From Candidatus Saccharimonadota bacterium (GTDB taxonomy: Bacteria > Patescibacteriota > Saccharimonadia > Saccharimonadales > UBA4665): a stretch of 64,000 nt of DNA. The position numbers and the translations under genes were made by a program. The stretch spans positions 32,778 to 96,777 of the forward strand of contig JAEUQV010000099.1 in assembly GCA_016789655.1 (NCBI GenBank). Direction: 5' to 3'. The notes below the pieces were generated by a model, which saw only the letters and a program-made list of their open reading frames with translations, was not told the origin of the DNA and did not search any database. Positions 35,381-43,221 of this stretch are shown piece after piece. Numbering within the stretch: position 1 is the first letter of the stretch; every line of letters begins with the position of its first letter.

Positions 35381-35938
35381 CTAACACAGTTCTCTGATCA
35401 AACTGTTAGAAACCAGCGCCGCAGTAAAACGCTTACTTCCCCATAGTTTAAAAATTCTTTCGGTGACAACACCGCCAGTACCATCTTGACGTGCATGAAC
35501 GATCTGATTTTTGCCTACATATATGCCGACGTGTGCCGCAGGAAAAACTAGTTTGCTATCTCCACCCTCAAGCCGCTGGAATTGTGAGTAAACAACAATC
35601 GCTCCAATAGGTTCTCGTTTGACCTGTTCTCTTGGCATGTGGTCTGCCTTAAGATACATTTGCGGCCCATGACGAATTGCTGTGGCCCAATCGCAATCAG
35701 CTTTACCCAGAACATCAGACATTGCACGCAATACTAAACCCGTACAATCAAACCCATCTGTGCCTAGGCCTGTGCTCATACACGATGTTTGAGTGTGCAA
35801 ACGGTCGTAGCAATTAGCTGCCGTAGTATGAACTACAAAAGATGATCCATTGTATGCTTCGGCAGCCCTAGCCAGCTCTTGACCAAAAGCAACATCAGAG
35901 TCTGCAGCGGGCATAGACAGCGACTCTTGGCTAGTCAT
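35381..35938 (-). CDS. NlpC/P60 (C40) family peptidase-like protein without a recognisable signal peptide
   Basis: Catalytic Cys context GFDCTGLVLRAM and His context AAHVGIYVGKNQIVHA. ATG 35938 lies 1 nt after the nusA stop (alternative start at 35959). Confidence 0.7.
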   Translation of the reverse strand: MTSQESLSMPAADSDVAFGQELARAAEAYNGSSFVVHTTAANCYDRLHTQTSCMSTGLGTDGFDCTGLVLRAMSDVLGKADCDWATAIRHGPQMYLKADHMPREQVKREPIGAIVVYSQFQRLEGGDSKLVFPAAHVGIYVGKNQIVHARQDGTGGVVTERIFKLWGSKRFTAALVSNSLIRELC

Positions 35939-35939
35939 G

Positions 35940-37094
35940 CTATTGGCCGTGTTCTTCAATAGCTTCGAGCAGTGAGCTTTCCAACTGTTCTTTCTTCTTA
36001 AGCTTGGGTTGTTTAGGTAGCTCGGTTACCTGTACTTCGCCCTGTACTTCGGGCGCCTTTTCGGCTTCGATATCGAGTTCGTAACCGACGAGTTTGCTCG
36101 CAAGCCGTACGTTCTGGCCGCCGCGGCCAATGGCTATACTCAGCTGGTCTTCTGGCACAAACACTTTAGCGCGCTTGGCAGCTTCATCGATAACTACGCG
36201 GTTAACCTTGGTCGGGCTAAGCGCATTCATTATGTAACTCTGAATATCGTCGCTCCAGACGATGATGTCGATCTTTTCTTGCTCGCCAACCTCGCCCACA
36301 ACGGCATTCACGCGGGTACCATGACCGCCCACAAAGGTACCGACTGGGTCAACCCCGCTAACGGTACTAGCTACGGCAATCTTGCTGCGAACTCCGGCTT
36401 CACGAGCGATATTTTTTATCTCGACCGCACCACTCTCCATCTCTGGCACTTCAGCACGGAATAGCCACTCCATGAACTCTTTGTTGCCGCGGCTGACCAC
36501 CAGTTGCGGGCCGCGCGGGCCGCGCTCGACATCTTTTAGGTACACCTTCAGGCGCTGGCTTGGGTAGTAGCGCTCGCCCTGTATCTGCTCACTCCTCGGC
36601 ATTATGCCTTGAGCCTTACCCAGTTCGAGACGCACAATCATACCCTCGACGCGGCTAACCATGGCATTAATAACCGTTCCGATCTTGTCTTCGTATTCAG
36701 CCAGAACGATCTCGCGTTCAGCTTCACGCAAACGCTGCAATATAACCTGCTTGGCGGTCTGTGCTGCTACGCGGCCAAATGTCGTGACTTTTTCATGGAT
36801 CTCGACGGTCTCACCTACAGCTGCGTCTTTTTTGACCTTCTTCGCATCGGCTAGGGTGACTTCAAAGTCTTCATTTTCGACCTCGTCCACTACTTCTTTG
36901 GTAACGTAGGCATCGACTTCGCCGCTGTGCAGGTTCATAGTTACGCGCACTTCTTGCTCGCGCTCGCCATAGTCGCGGCGATAGGCAGCAGCAAGTGCCT
37001 GCTCCACTACTTCTTTCACTGCATTTTCAGGCAAGTTTTTTTCTTCGGCTATTGCCTGTATGGCAAGAGCTAGTTGTTTAAAATCCATATCCAT
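35940..37094 (-). CDS. nusA: Transcription termination/antitermination factor NusA
   Basis: NusA N-terminal domain, S1 domain and two KH domains (IAIGRGGQNVRLAS). Start is at ATG 37094 (MDMDFKQ...) with GGGAG upstream. Confidence 0.93.
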   Translation of the reverse strand: MDMDFKQLALAIQAIAEEKNLPENAVKEVVEQALAAAYRRDYGEREQEVRVTMNLHSGEVDAYVTKEVVDEVENEDFEVTLADAKKVKKDAAVGETVEIHEKVTTFGRVAAQTAKQVILQRLREAEREIVLAEYEDKIGTVINAMVSRVEGMIVRLELGKAQGIMPRSEQIQGERYYPSQRLKVYLKDVERGPRGPQLVVSRGNKEFMEWLFRAEVPEMESGAVEIKNIAREAGVRSKIAVASTVSGVDPVGTFVGGHGTRVNAVVGEVGEQEKIDIIVWSDDIQSYIMNALSPTKVNRVVIDEAAKRAKVFVPEDQLSIAIGRGGQNVRLASKLVGYELDIEAEKAPEVQGEVQVTELPKQPKLKKKEQLESSLLEAIEEHGQ

Positions 37095-37174
37095 GTGTCG
37101 CTCCCTTAAGTCGCTTAATAGTAGGGGTAGGTGGCATATGATAAATGGGGGTAGCTGCATTTGTGCTATTTGCC

Positions 37175-37195
37175 ATTTACTATCTACTACCTACC
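37175..37195. repeat. Short heptamer array ATTTACT ATCTACT ACCTACC, inverted relative to TAGTAGGGGTAGGTGGC at 37119-37135
   Basis: Period-7 pattern read directly. It is weak, with only three units. Confidence 0.4.
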
Positions 37196-37204
37196 TTAGT
37201 GTAC

Positions 37205-37225
37205 GAAAAAAGCCGACCTGCCGGC
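37205..37225 (-). terminator. Rho-independent terminator after the 215-aa gene
   Basis: The minus strand reads GCCGG-cagg-TCGGC followed by TTTTTT. Confidence 0.55.
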
Positions 37226-37285
37226 CGACTTGTACGAGACTTAGTGTAGCATAGAGTAAAGAATGCGGTCAATACAACCATCATC

Positions 37286-37933
37286 TTACATGTAACCGCT
37301 TTTTTCTTGGTTTGCCAATGCCTGGCTTACTCTGCTAAGAACACTCCTCGCGAACCCATAATTTGAAGCACCCCGCCGCATTTTGGTGCCAGGCCCGACA
37401 GCATATACCGTATCGTAATCTTCTGAAGAATTATATTTATCCCCAGGCTCTACATCAGGCTTAAGCATTTCAACGGCAACGCTCGACGCAGTAACCATTT
37501 CGGAAAGACTGGTGGCATATCTTTCTCCTACACCCCAACGCCTTATAAATTCGGCTGACGAGACTTCTTTTGGAATGATCAGTCTAAATGTTGCGCCGAG
37601 ACTTACGCTCCTGTCTATAGCATCGACGGTGAAAAAAGCACCCCTGTACAGCCGATCGGGTTCGCTATCCTCCCTTCGTGGGCCGCCAAAATATACCAAT
37701 CCCCCCACGCGGCAAACTCCACCGAGTGCAATATCTCGTTGTCGACTTCTTTGAACATTGCCTGTATTGTACGGTGTTTCATCGTAAGGGATAACGAGTT
37801 GTTGGTCTGTGTACCCGCCACCTAGATCGTTGTTCAGCGGGCCACTTAGAAGAAACCGAACTATAGGTAGCTGAACCGCTCGCGGGAACACTACCTCTAA
37901 ACTCGCGGGTATTGCCTGATTACTTCTAGACAT
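37286..37933 (-). CDS. Hypothetical protein
   Basis: 215-aa ORF with ATG start. I recognise no motif. Confidence 0.45.
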   Translation of the reverse strand: MSRSNQAIPASLEVVFPRAVQLPIVRFLLSGPLNNDLGGGYTDQQLVIPYDETPYNTGNVQRSRQRDIALGGVCRVGGLVYFGGPRREDSEPDRLYRGAFFTVDAIDRSVSLGATFRLIIPKEVSSAEFIRRWGVGERYATSLSEMVTASSVAVEMLKPDVEPGDKYNSSEDYDTVYAVGPGTKMRRGASNYGFARSVLSRVSQALANQEKSGYM

Positions 37934-38034
37934 TGTTACATCCTATCGCCCGAGCGTCTTGATGTTGGTACATATTTATATATTATTCTATCATCGTTTT
38001 AAGTTCTACACAACTTTGGGGTACACTATTAGAT

Positions 38035-40662
38035 ATGAAAAGAAATGTTGCGCGTCTTTATACACAATTTCAACCAGATGATTATTCATTACAAATTGAA
38101 CTCTATGAGGCGGCTATGCGGTTTTCGGGGCAGGTCAAAATCACCGGCAAGAAGGTGGGGCGGCCAAGCCAGCGCTTGACGTTTCATAGCAATGGGCTGA
38201 AGGTCACCTCTGGAAAAGTGACTGTCCGGGACAAAAGGGGCGAACGCGAACTCACAGTTAAGCGCATTAACCATCAGAAGTCACTACACGAAGTGCGTAT
38301 ACATACCGTAGAAATGGTCTATCCTGGGCAGTACACTGTAGAAATGAGCTTTGAAGCACCGATTACCAACGGCATGACGGGCATTTACCCGTGTTATTGG
38401 AAAGACGCCGAGGGGCAAGAGCAAAAACTGTTTGCGACTCAATTTGAAAGCCATCATGCCCGTGAGGCATTCCCGTGTATAGACGAACCCGAAGCTAAGG
38501 CCGTGTTTGATTTTACGCTTATTACACAGGATGGCGTGCAGGTTCTTGGGAATACGCCCGCTGCTACGCAGCAGAGAGTCAAGAGACAAGAGTCAAGAGA
38601 CAAGAGTACAGACCAAGGAATACAGACTACAGACTACAGACTACAGACTACCTTCGAGCCGACGCCGAGGATGTCTACTTATCTGTTGGCGTTTGTCACT
38701 GGTGATATGCACCGTAAAACTGCCAAAACAAAATCTGGCGTAAATGTAAACGTCTGGGCAACAGCCGCACAGCCAGCTAATTCGCTCGATTTTGCGCTAG
38801 ATGCTGCCACCCGCAGCATAGAGTATTTCGAAGATTATTTTGGCGTGCCCTACCCCCTGGCCAAGGCCGACCACGTCGCCCTGCCCGACTTCAGCAGCGG
38901 CGCCATGGAAAACTGGGGGCTCATTACCTATCGTGAACGAGTTTTGCTTGACTACCCAGAAACAACAAGCCAGAGCACGCGAGAGTATATTGCCCTCGTT
39001 GTAGCCCACGAAACCAGCCACCAGTGGTTCGGCAACCTGGTAACCATGCGCTGGTGGGATGACCTTTGGCTCAATGAATCGTTCGCAAATATGATGGAAT
39101 ACCAGGCTGTCGATAGCATGTTCCCCGACTGGCATGTCTGGCACAGCTTTATTGCCAGTGAAGGCCTGAGCGCCTTCCGCCGCGACGCAACCTACGGCGT
39201 GCAGCCCGTCCACACCGATGTACATCACCCCGACGAAATCAGCACACTGTTCGACCCCAGCATTGTGTACGCCAAAGGCGGCCGCCTGCTCTACATGATG
39301 AAAAACTACATCGGCGAGGAAGCGTTTCGAAGCGGATTGAGCGACTATTTTAAGAAGCACGAGTACGGTAACACTTGTGGAGACGACCTGTGGGCCGCCC
39401 TCAGCACCAGCAGCGGTAAAGACGTCGGTGCCTTCATGACACCGTGGCTAGCGCGTTCCGGATTCCCCGTTGTTCACGTTACGCAAGAAGGCAGTGCCGT
39501 TCAGCTAACTCAAGAACACTTTTTGGATGACCGAACGAAAGCCGATGAAACTCGTATCTGGCCAGTACCTACATTTGCCTCAGTGCCATCGGTTGCTGCA
39601 ATATGTGATTCCACTCAACTAGATTTAACCCTTCCGAATTCTTCTCCGCTGCTACTAAACAGCGGAGCCCGTGGGCACTACCTTGTGCAGTATCGTGCAG
39701 TAACCACAAAACATTACATCGAAGAACTAATAAAGTCCAAGACACTAACGGAGCCAGACCGTCTGATGCTGCTCAGCAATAGCGCGATGCTCTCACGGGC
39801 TGGGTATCAGTCATACCGCGAAACGCTTGACTTGCTCGATGCATACACTGACGAAGACAGTGAACCTGTGTGGGATATCATCGGCCTAGTAGCTGGTGAG
39901 GTTCGCCGGTTTGTTGACGTCGACGAGTCGCTAGAACCCGCCATAAAGACCCTCAGCCGCGAGTTGATTCAAACTCAATATACCCGCCTCGGCTGGCAAG
40001 AAGCACCTGGCGAATCGACCGCCGACACAAAGCTGCGGAGTCTCATCATTGGTTTTGGCGTATATGGCGAAGACGAGGCCATTGTCGACCGCGCCCGCGA
40101 GCTATTCGCTGCTTACCAAAAAGATGAATCCGCCGTGTCTTCAGAGCTGCGTGCGCTAGTAATGTCTGTGCCCGTCAAGGAAGGCGACCAGAAAGCCATC
40201 GACTTTCTCTTGCAATTGCACGACAGCACGCAAAACAGCGAGCTTAAGTCCGATACCTGTGCAGCACTTACGGCAACACGCGAAACAGCAGTGGCCGCCA
40301 AGCTTTTGGCCCGTCTCAAAGAAGGCAAGCTCATTAAGCCACAAGATGTCGACCGCTGGCTGATCTACTTGCTGCGCAACCGCTATACCCGCGATGTCGC
40401 TTGGCAGTGGATGGTCGATGAATGGGCATGGCTGCAAAAAACCTTCGAGAATGATAAATCGTACGACTACCTGCCGCGCTACGCAGCCAGCTGCGTAAGC
40501 ACCGCAGAGTACCAGCAAAAGTACCATGACTTGTTTCAATCAAAGCTCGACCAACCCATGCTGAAACGCAATATAGAGATAGGCTTCGAGGAAATCGCCA
40601 ATCGCCTAGCCTGGCTCACTCGCGACCTCAAATCAGTTAAAACCTATTTTGCCAGTAGATAA
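38035..40662 (+). CDS. pepN: Aminopeptidase N (M1 family metallopeptidase)
   Basis: GAMEN motif (SGAMENWG), HETSHQWFGNLVTMRWWDDLWLNESFA (HExxH-18-E) and an ERAP1-like C-terminal domain. TACACT lies 7 nt upstream of the ATG. Confidence 0.92.
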   Translation: MKRNVARLYTQFQPDDYSLQIELYEAAMRFSGQVKITGKKVGRPSQRLTFHSNGLKVTSGKVTVRDKRGERELTVKRINHQKSLHEVRIHTVEMVYPGQYTVEMSFEAPITNGMTGIYPCYWKDAEGQEQKLFATQFESHHAREAFPCIDEPEAKAVFDFTLITQDGVQVLGNTPAATQQRVKRQESRDKSTDQGIQTTDYRLQTTFEPTPRMSTYLLAFVTGDMHRKTAKTKSGVNVNVWATAAQPANSLDFALDAATRSIEYFEDYFGVPYPLAKADHVALPDFSSGAMENWGLITYRERVLLDYPETTSQSTREYIALVVAHETSHQWFGNLVTMRWWDDLWLNESFANMMEYQAVDSMFPDWHVWHSFIASEGLSAFRRDATYGVQPVHTDVHHPDEISTLFDPSIVYAKGGRLLYMMKNYIGEEAFRSGLSDYFKKHEYGNTCGDDLWAALSTSSGKDVGAFMTPWLARSGFPVVHVTQEGSAVQLTQEHFLDDRTKADETRIWPVPTFASVPSVAAICDSTQLDLTLPNSSPLLLNSGARGHYLVQYRAVTTKHYIEELIKSKTLTEPDRLMLLSNSAMLSRAGYQSYRETLDLLDAYTDEDSEPVWDIIGLVAGEVRRFVDVDESLEPAIKTLSRELIQTQYTRLGWQEAPGESTADTKLRSLIIGFGVYGEDEAIVDRARELFAAYQKDESAVSSELRALVMSVPVKEGDQKAIDFLLQLHDSTQNSELKSDTCAALTATRETAVAAKLLARLKEGKLIKPQDVDRWLIYLLRNRYTRDVAWQWMVDEWAWLQKTFENDKSYDYLPRYAASCVSTAEYQQKYHDLFQSKLDQPMLKRNIEIGFEEIANRLAWLTRDLKSVKTYFASR
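38575..38651 (+). repeat. Eleven-unit heptamer array inside pepN (AGAGTCA AGAGACA AGAGTCA AGAGACA AGAGTAC AGACCAA GGAATAC (AGACTAC)x4)
   Basis: Period-7 pattern read directly. It is translated in frame as ...RVKRQESRDKSTDQGIQTTDYRLQTT... immediately before the conserved FEPTPRMSTYLLAF block. Confidence 0.9.
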
Positions 40663-40855
40663 GACACCGTAAAAATTCCTACACCCAGATGGGTTTCTTA
40701 GGCTTTGGATTCCGAGTGCGCCCAGAGCGACTGAACGAAGCGTACCAACGGAACGTTGATTGAGGGAACCGGAAGACGAGGTTTGTGGGCTGGCGAACGG
40801 AGGAGTTATTTGTTGACGGTGCCAAAGCGTGTAAAACACCCTAGTACTCCAAACA

Positions 40856-41221
40856 CTATACAACGATGTTCTCTATTACTTCGGTGATGGTGTAATCTTG
40901 CCCCGATAGCTCAATAGCTCCTAACATGAAATCGCCTGCGTAGTCGTTTATGGCCACATATAATTCAGCTGCAAAGGCCATTTGCCGCACTTTTTGTGGG
41001 GTTATGTACTCAAGGCCTGTTCCTTGATCATCTTTCTTACGGTGCTTAACCTCAAAGAATAGTAAGGGATACGGCCTACCGAACCGCTTATGTTTACGAG
41101 CAATTATGTCTATTTCTGCACGTTTATGGCGCCAATTTATAGCCAAGATGTCGTAGCCTTGCTGCGATAGATACTCGGCGGCTACTTTTTCGGCGGTATG
41201 ACCGCTTGCATAGTTCGTCAT
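40856..41221 (-). CDS. YraN-family (UPF0102) endonuclease-like protein
   Basis: 121 aa. The pattern GYDILAINWRHKRAEIDIIA...FFEVKHRK is typical of UPF0102/YraN. Confidence 0.8.
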   Translation of the reverse strand: MTNYASGHTAEKVAAEYLSQQGYDILAINWRHKRAEIDIIARKHKRFGRPYPLLFFEVKHRKKDDQGTGLEYITPQKVRQMAFAAELYVAINDYAGDFMLGAIELSGQDYTITEVIENIVV

Positions 41222-41285
41222 GCCCTTATTCTACTCCTCGCGCGATACCGTGCCTGCATTTTCTTTTTTTGTGCGATCGAACAAT

Positions 41286-41891
41286 TTATGAAAATTTCTG
41301 GATTGGCTTGAACGATTTGCGGTGCAGCATTGTGACGCCAAGCGTTTCTAGAGCATGGCTGTGTGCCCTAGTGCCGTAGCCCACATTATGCTCGAAGTTA
41401 TAGCCCGGGAACTGCTTGGCAGCTGCGGCCATATACTCATCTCTGCTCACTTTCGCAATAATGCTAGCCGCGCTGACAGCCGGCACACTGTCATCAGCAC
41501 GGATCTGCGTACTTATGCGACAGGTTAGACCTAGCGCAAGATGCGCTAGGTCTAACCTGTCGCAGCCAGCAAGAAAGTTGTAGTTTCCATCAATGATAAT
41601 TTCATCGTAATCGGTCGAGGTAGTTTGCAACTCTTCTAAAGCTCTCTCCATGGCAAGCCGTACCGCGGCCGTTAAACCCATAACGTCAATTTCGGCTGGG
41701 GTGACCCAGCCAACACCGTAGGCTTTTGCCTGGGATTTTACTTGCGCCGCCAGCACTTCACGTCTTTTTTTGCTTAATTTCTTGCTATCGCGCAGCCCCT
41801 CTATGGGCGCGTCGAGTAGCACTGCGGCAGCCACGAGCGGCCCGGCCCAACACCCCCGCCCTACCTCGTCGAGCCCAACTATGCCCGCCAA
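41286..41891 (-). CDS. rnhB: Ribonuclease HII
   Basis: DEVGRGCWAGPLVAAAV catalytic motif and DSKKLS. Confidence 0.9.
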   Translation of the reverse strand: MAGIVGLDEVGRGCWAGPLVAAAVLLDAPIEGLRDSKKLSKKRREVLAAQVKSQAKAYGVGWVTPAEIDVMGLTAAVRLAMERALEELQTTSTDYDEIIIDGNYNFLAGCDRLDLAHLALGLTCRISTQIRADDSVPAVSAASIIAKVSRDEYMAAAAKQFPGYNFEHNVGYGTRAHSHALETLGVTMLHRKSFKPIQKFS

Positions 41892-42340
41892 TTCACACGA
41901 CTCAGCTTATAGCCAGCATAAAAACAAAGCGCACCGAACGTGTTCGCCACCAGATCCCATGATGTATCGCTAATACCATGCGGCATATGTCCAGCTAGGT
42001 ATAGTATGACCTCAAACAATTCGTTCGCCACACCCAAGCTACATACCAACACATAGAGTGTACCCAACTCCCACCACCAGGCCCTCCCGCTTATGCCCTT
42101 TACCCGGCATGCATACAGCCATACCAGCCCGCTGAACACGCCGCCGCCCACCATATGGGTGGTAAAAGCAGTATCTTTACCTTCTATTAGTGGCGACGGT
42201 AGATAATACGAAATAAAAAACAAGATCCCGGCCAGCACAAGCAACCAGCGCTCTCTGCGATGAACCCCTAACAACCGTTCTGCGACAATAAATGTCATAA
42301 CCGGAACCGCTAGAGAGACGAACAAAAATACTTTCGACAT
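41879..42340 (-). CDS. Hypothetical integral membrane protein
   Basis: 153 aa with 4-5 hydrophobic segments. It overlaps the rnhB start by 13 nt. Confidence 0.5.
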   Translation of the reverse strand: MSKVFLFVSLAVPVMTFIVAERLLGVHRRERWLLVLAGILFFISYYLPSPLIEGKDTAFTTHMVGGGVFSGLVWLYACRVKGISGRAWWWELGTLYVLVCSLGVANELFEVILYLAGHMPHGISDTSWDLVANTFGALCFYAGYKLSRVNWRA

Positions 42341-42369
42341 GCTATAAAAAGTGAGCCTGGTTTATATGT

Positions 42370-42885
42370 CTAGGCAGCGTCGTGAGCCGCAGCGACAGCG
42401 TCTTGCTTGGCTTTGAGCTCGGCTTCTTCGGCAGCCTTTTCGGCGGCTTTGGCTTCGGCTTCGGCGAGCGCAGCAGCCTTGGCTTCAGCCTCTGCCTTTT
42501 CGGCTTCGAGGTCGCGGATGTCATTGACGGCCTTGCGGTCGAAATCTACGCCAGTCAGACGAGCTGACTTACCGGTAAGACTACGCATATAGCTAAGGTT
42601 GTTGCGGCGAACTTTGCTGCGCTTGGTCACCTCTACCTTAAGTACGAGCGGGCTGTGAAGCAAAAAGCTCTTCTCTACGCCGATACCACTGGCGATACGG
42701 CGAACCGTAATACGGCTGGTGTGGCTCTCTTTGCGGTCGGTACGAATGACGAGACCCTGAAAAATCTGTACACGCTCTTTGTTGCCTTCACGGATCTTTT
42801 GGTGCACTTTGACTGTATCGCCCGAGCGGACATCGACGACAGCACCCTTCTTAAACGACGCCTCAAGTTCTTTGATGTATTCCAT
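42370..42885 (-). CDS. rplS: 50S ribosomal protein L19 with an Ala/Glu/Lys-rich C-terminal extension
   Basis: L19 core (GDTVKVHQKIREGNKERVQIFQGLVI...) followed by a low-complexity tail of about 55 aa. The promoter is TTGCTT, 17 nt, TACAAT, with 9 nt to the ATG. Confidence 0.92.
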   Translation of the reverse strand: MEYIKELEASFKKGAVVDVRSGDTVKVHQKIREGNKERVQIFQGLVIRTDRKESHTSRITVRRIASGIGVEKSFLLHSPLVLKVEVTKRSKVRRNNLSYMRSLTGKSARLTGVDFDRKAVNDIRDLEAEKAEAEAKAAALAEAEAKAAEKAAEEAELKAKQDAVAAAHDAA

Positions 42886-42962
42886 ATCCGGTAGATTGTA
42901 GCGTAATTTACCCCTAAAAGCAAGAAAGAACTAGGATTTAGCGATAAGGAGTTGGCAATTTA

Positions 42963-43137
42963 ACCCGAGCTCGACATAAAATATCGGACTCTTAAGAGGC
43001 GAGCTAGCCCGCCCCGCCTAGATAACCAGAATATTTCTGGTTGTCTAGGCTCCACACCCTTAAAGGCTTCGCTCTCGCTCGCCGACAGTTGATGGTGTTG
43101 ATTTTGGTCCTTATGACGAACTCGGGTAAATTTAGCA
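42963..43137 (-). repeat. Copy B of the terminal-inverted-repeat element (ACCCGAGTTCGTCATA ... TATGTCGAGCTCGGGT on the minus strand) with a GGCGGGGCGGGCT core and an extra internal hairpin
   Basis: It shares termini and internal blocks with 1461-1608. The extra near-perfect hairpin CCTAGATAACCAGAA-tat-TTCTGGTTGTCTAGG is at about 43015-43049. Confidence 0.55.
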
Positions 43138-43221
43138 GCCAATGCTTGATTGGCACATTAGCTCACCTGTAAAAACAACTGCCAAATTACAATCCCCAAA
43201 TTGCTTTTGGACGCCGGCGTA

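Noticed and set aside
35190-35384. 64-aa plus-strand ORF ([23 protein letters not shown]...) in the clpC upstream region.
   Set aside because: Its repetitive peptide is only the translation of the heptamer array. The region is better explained as the clpC promoter, CIRCE and 5' UTR on the other strand.
42342-42524. 60-aa Lys/Pro-rich ORF and two plus-strand ORFs overlapping the rplS tail.
   Set aside because: They are alternative frames of the GC-rich hexamer-like repeat that encodes the L19 Ala/Glu/Lys tail. They have no independent signals.
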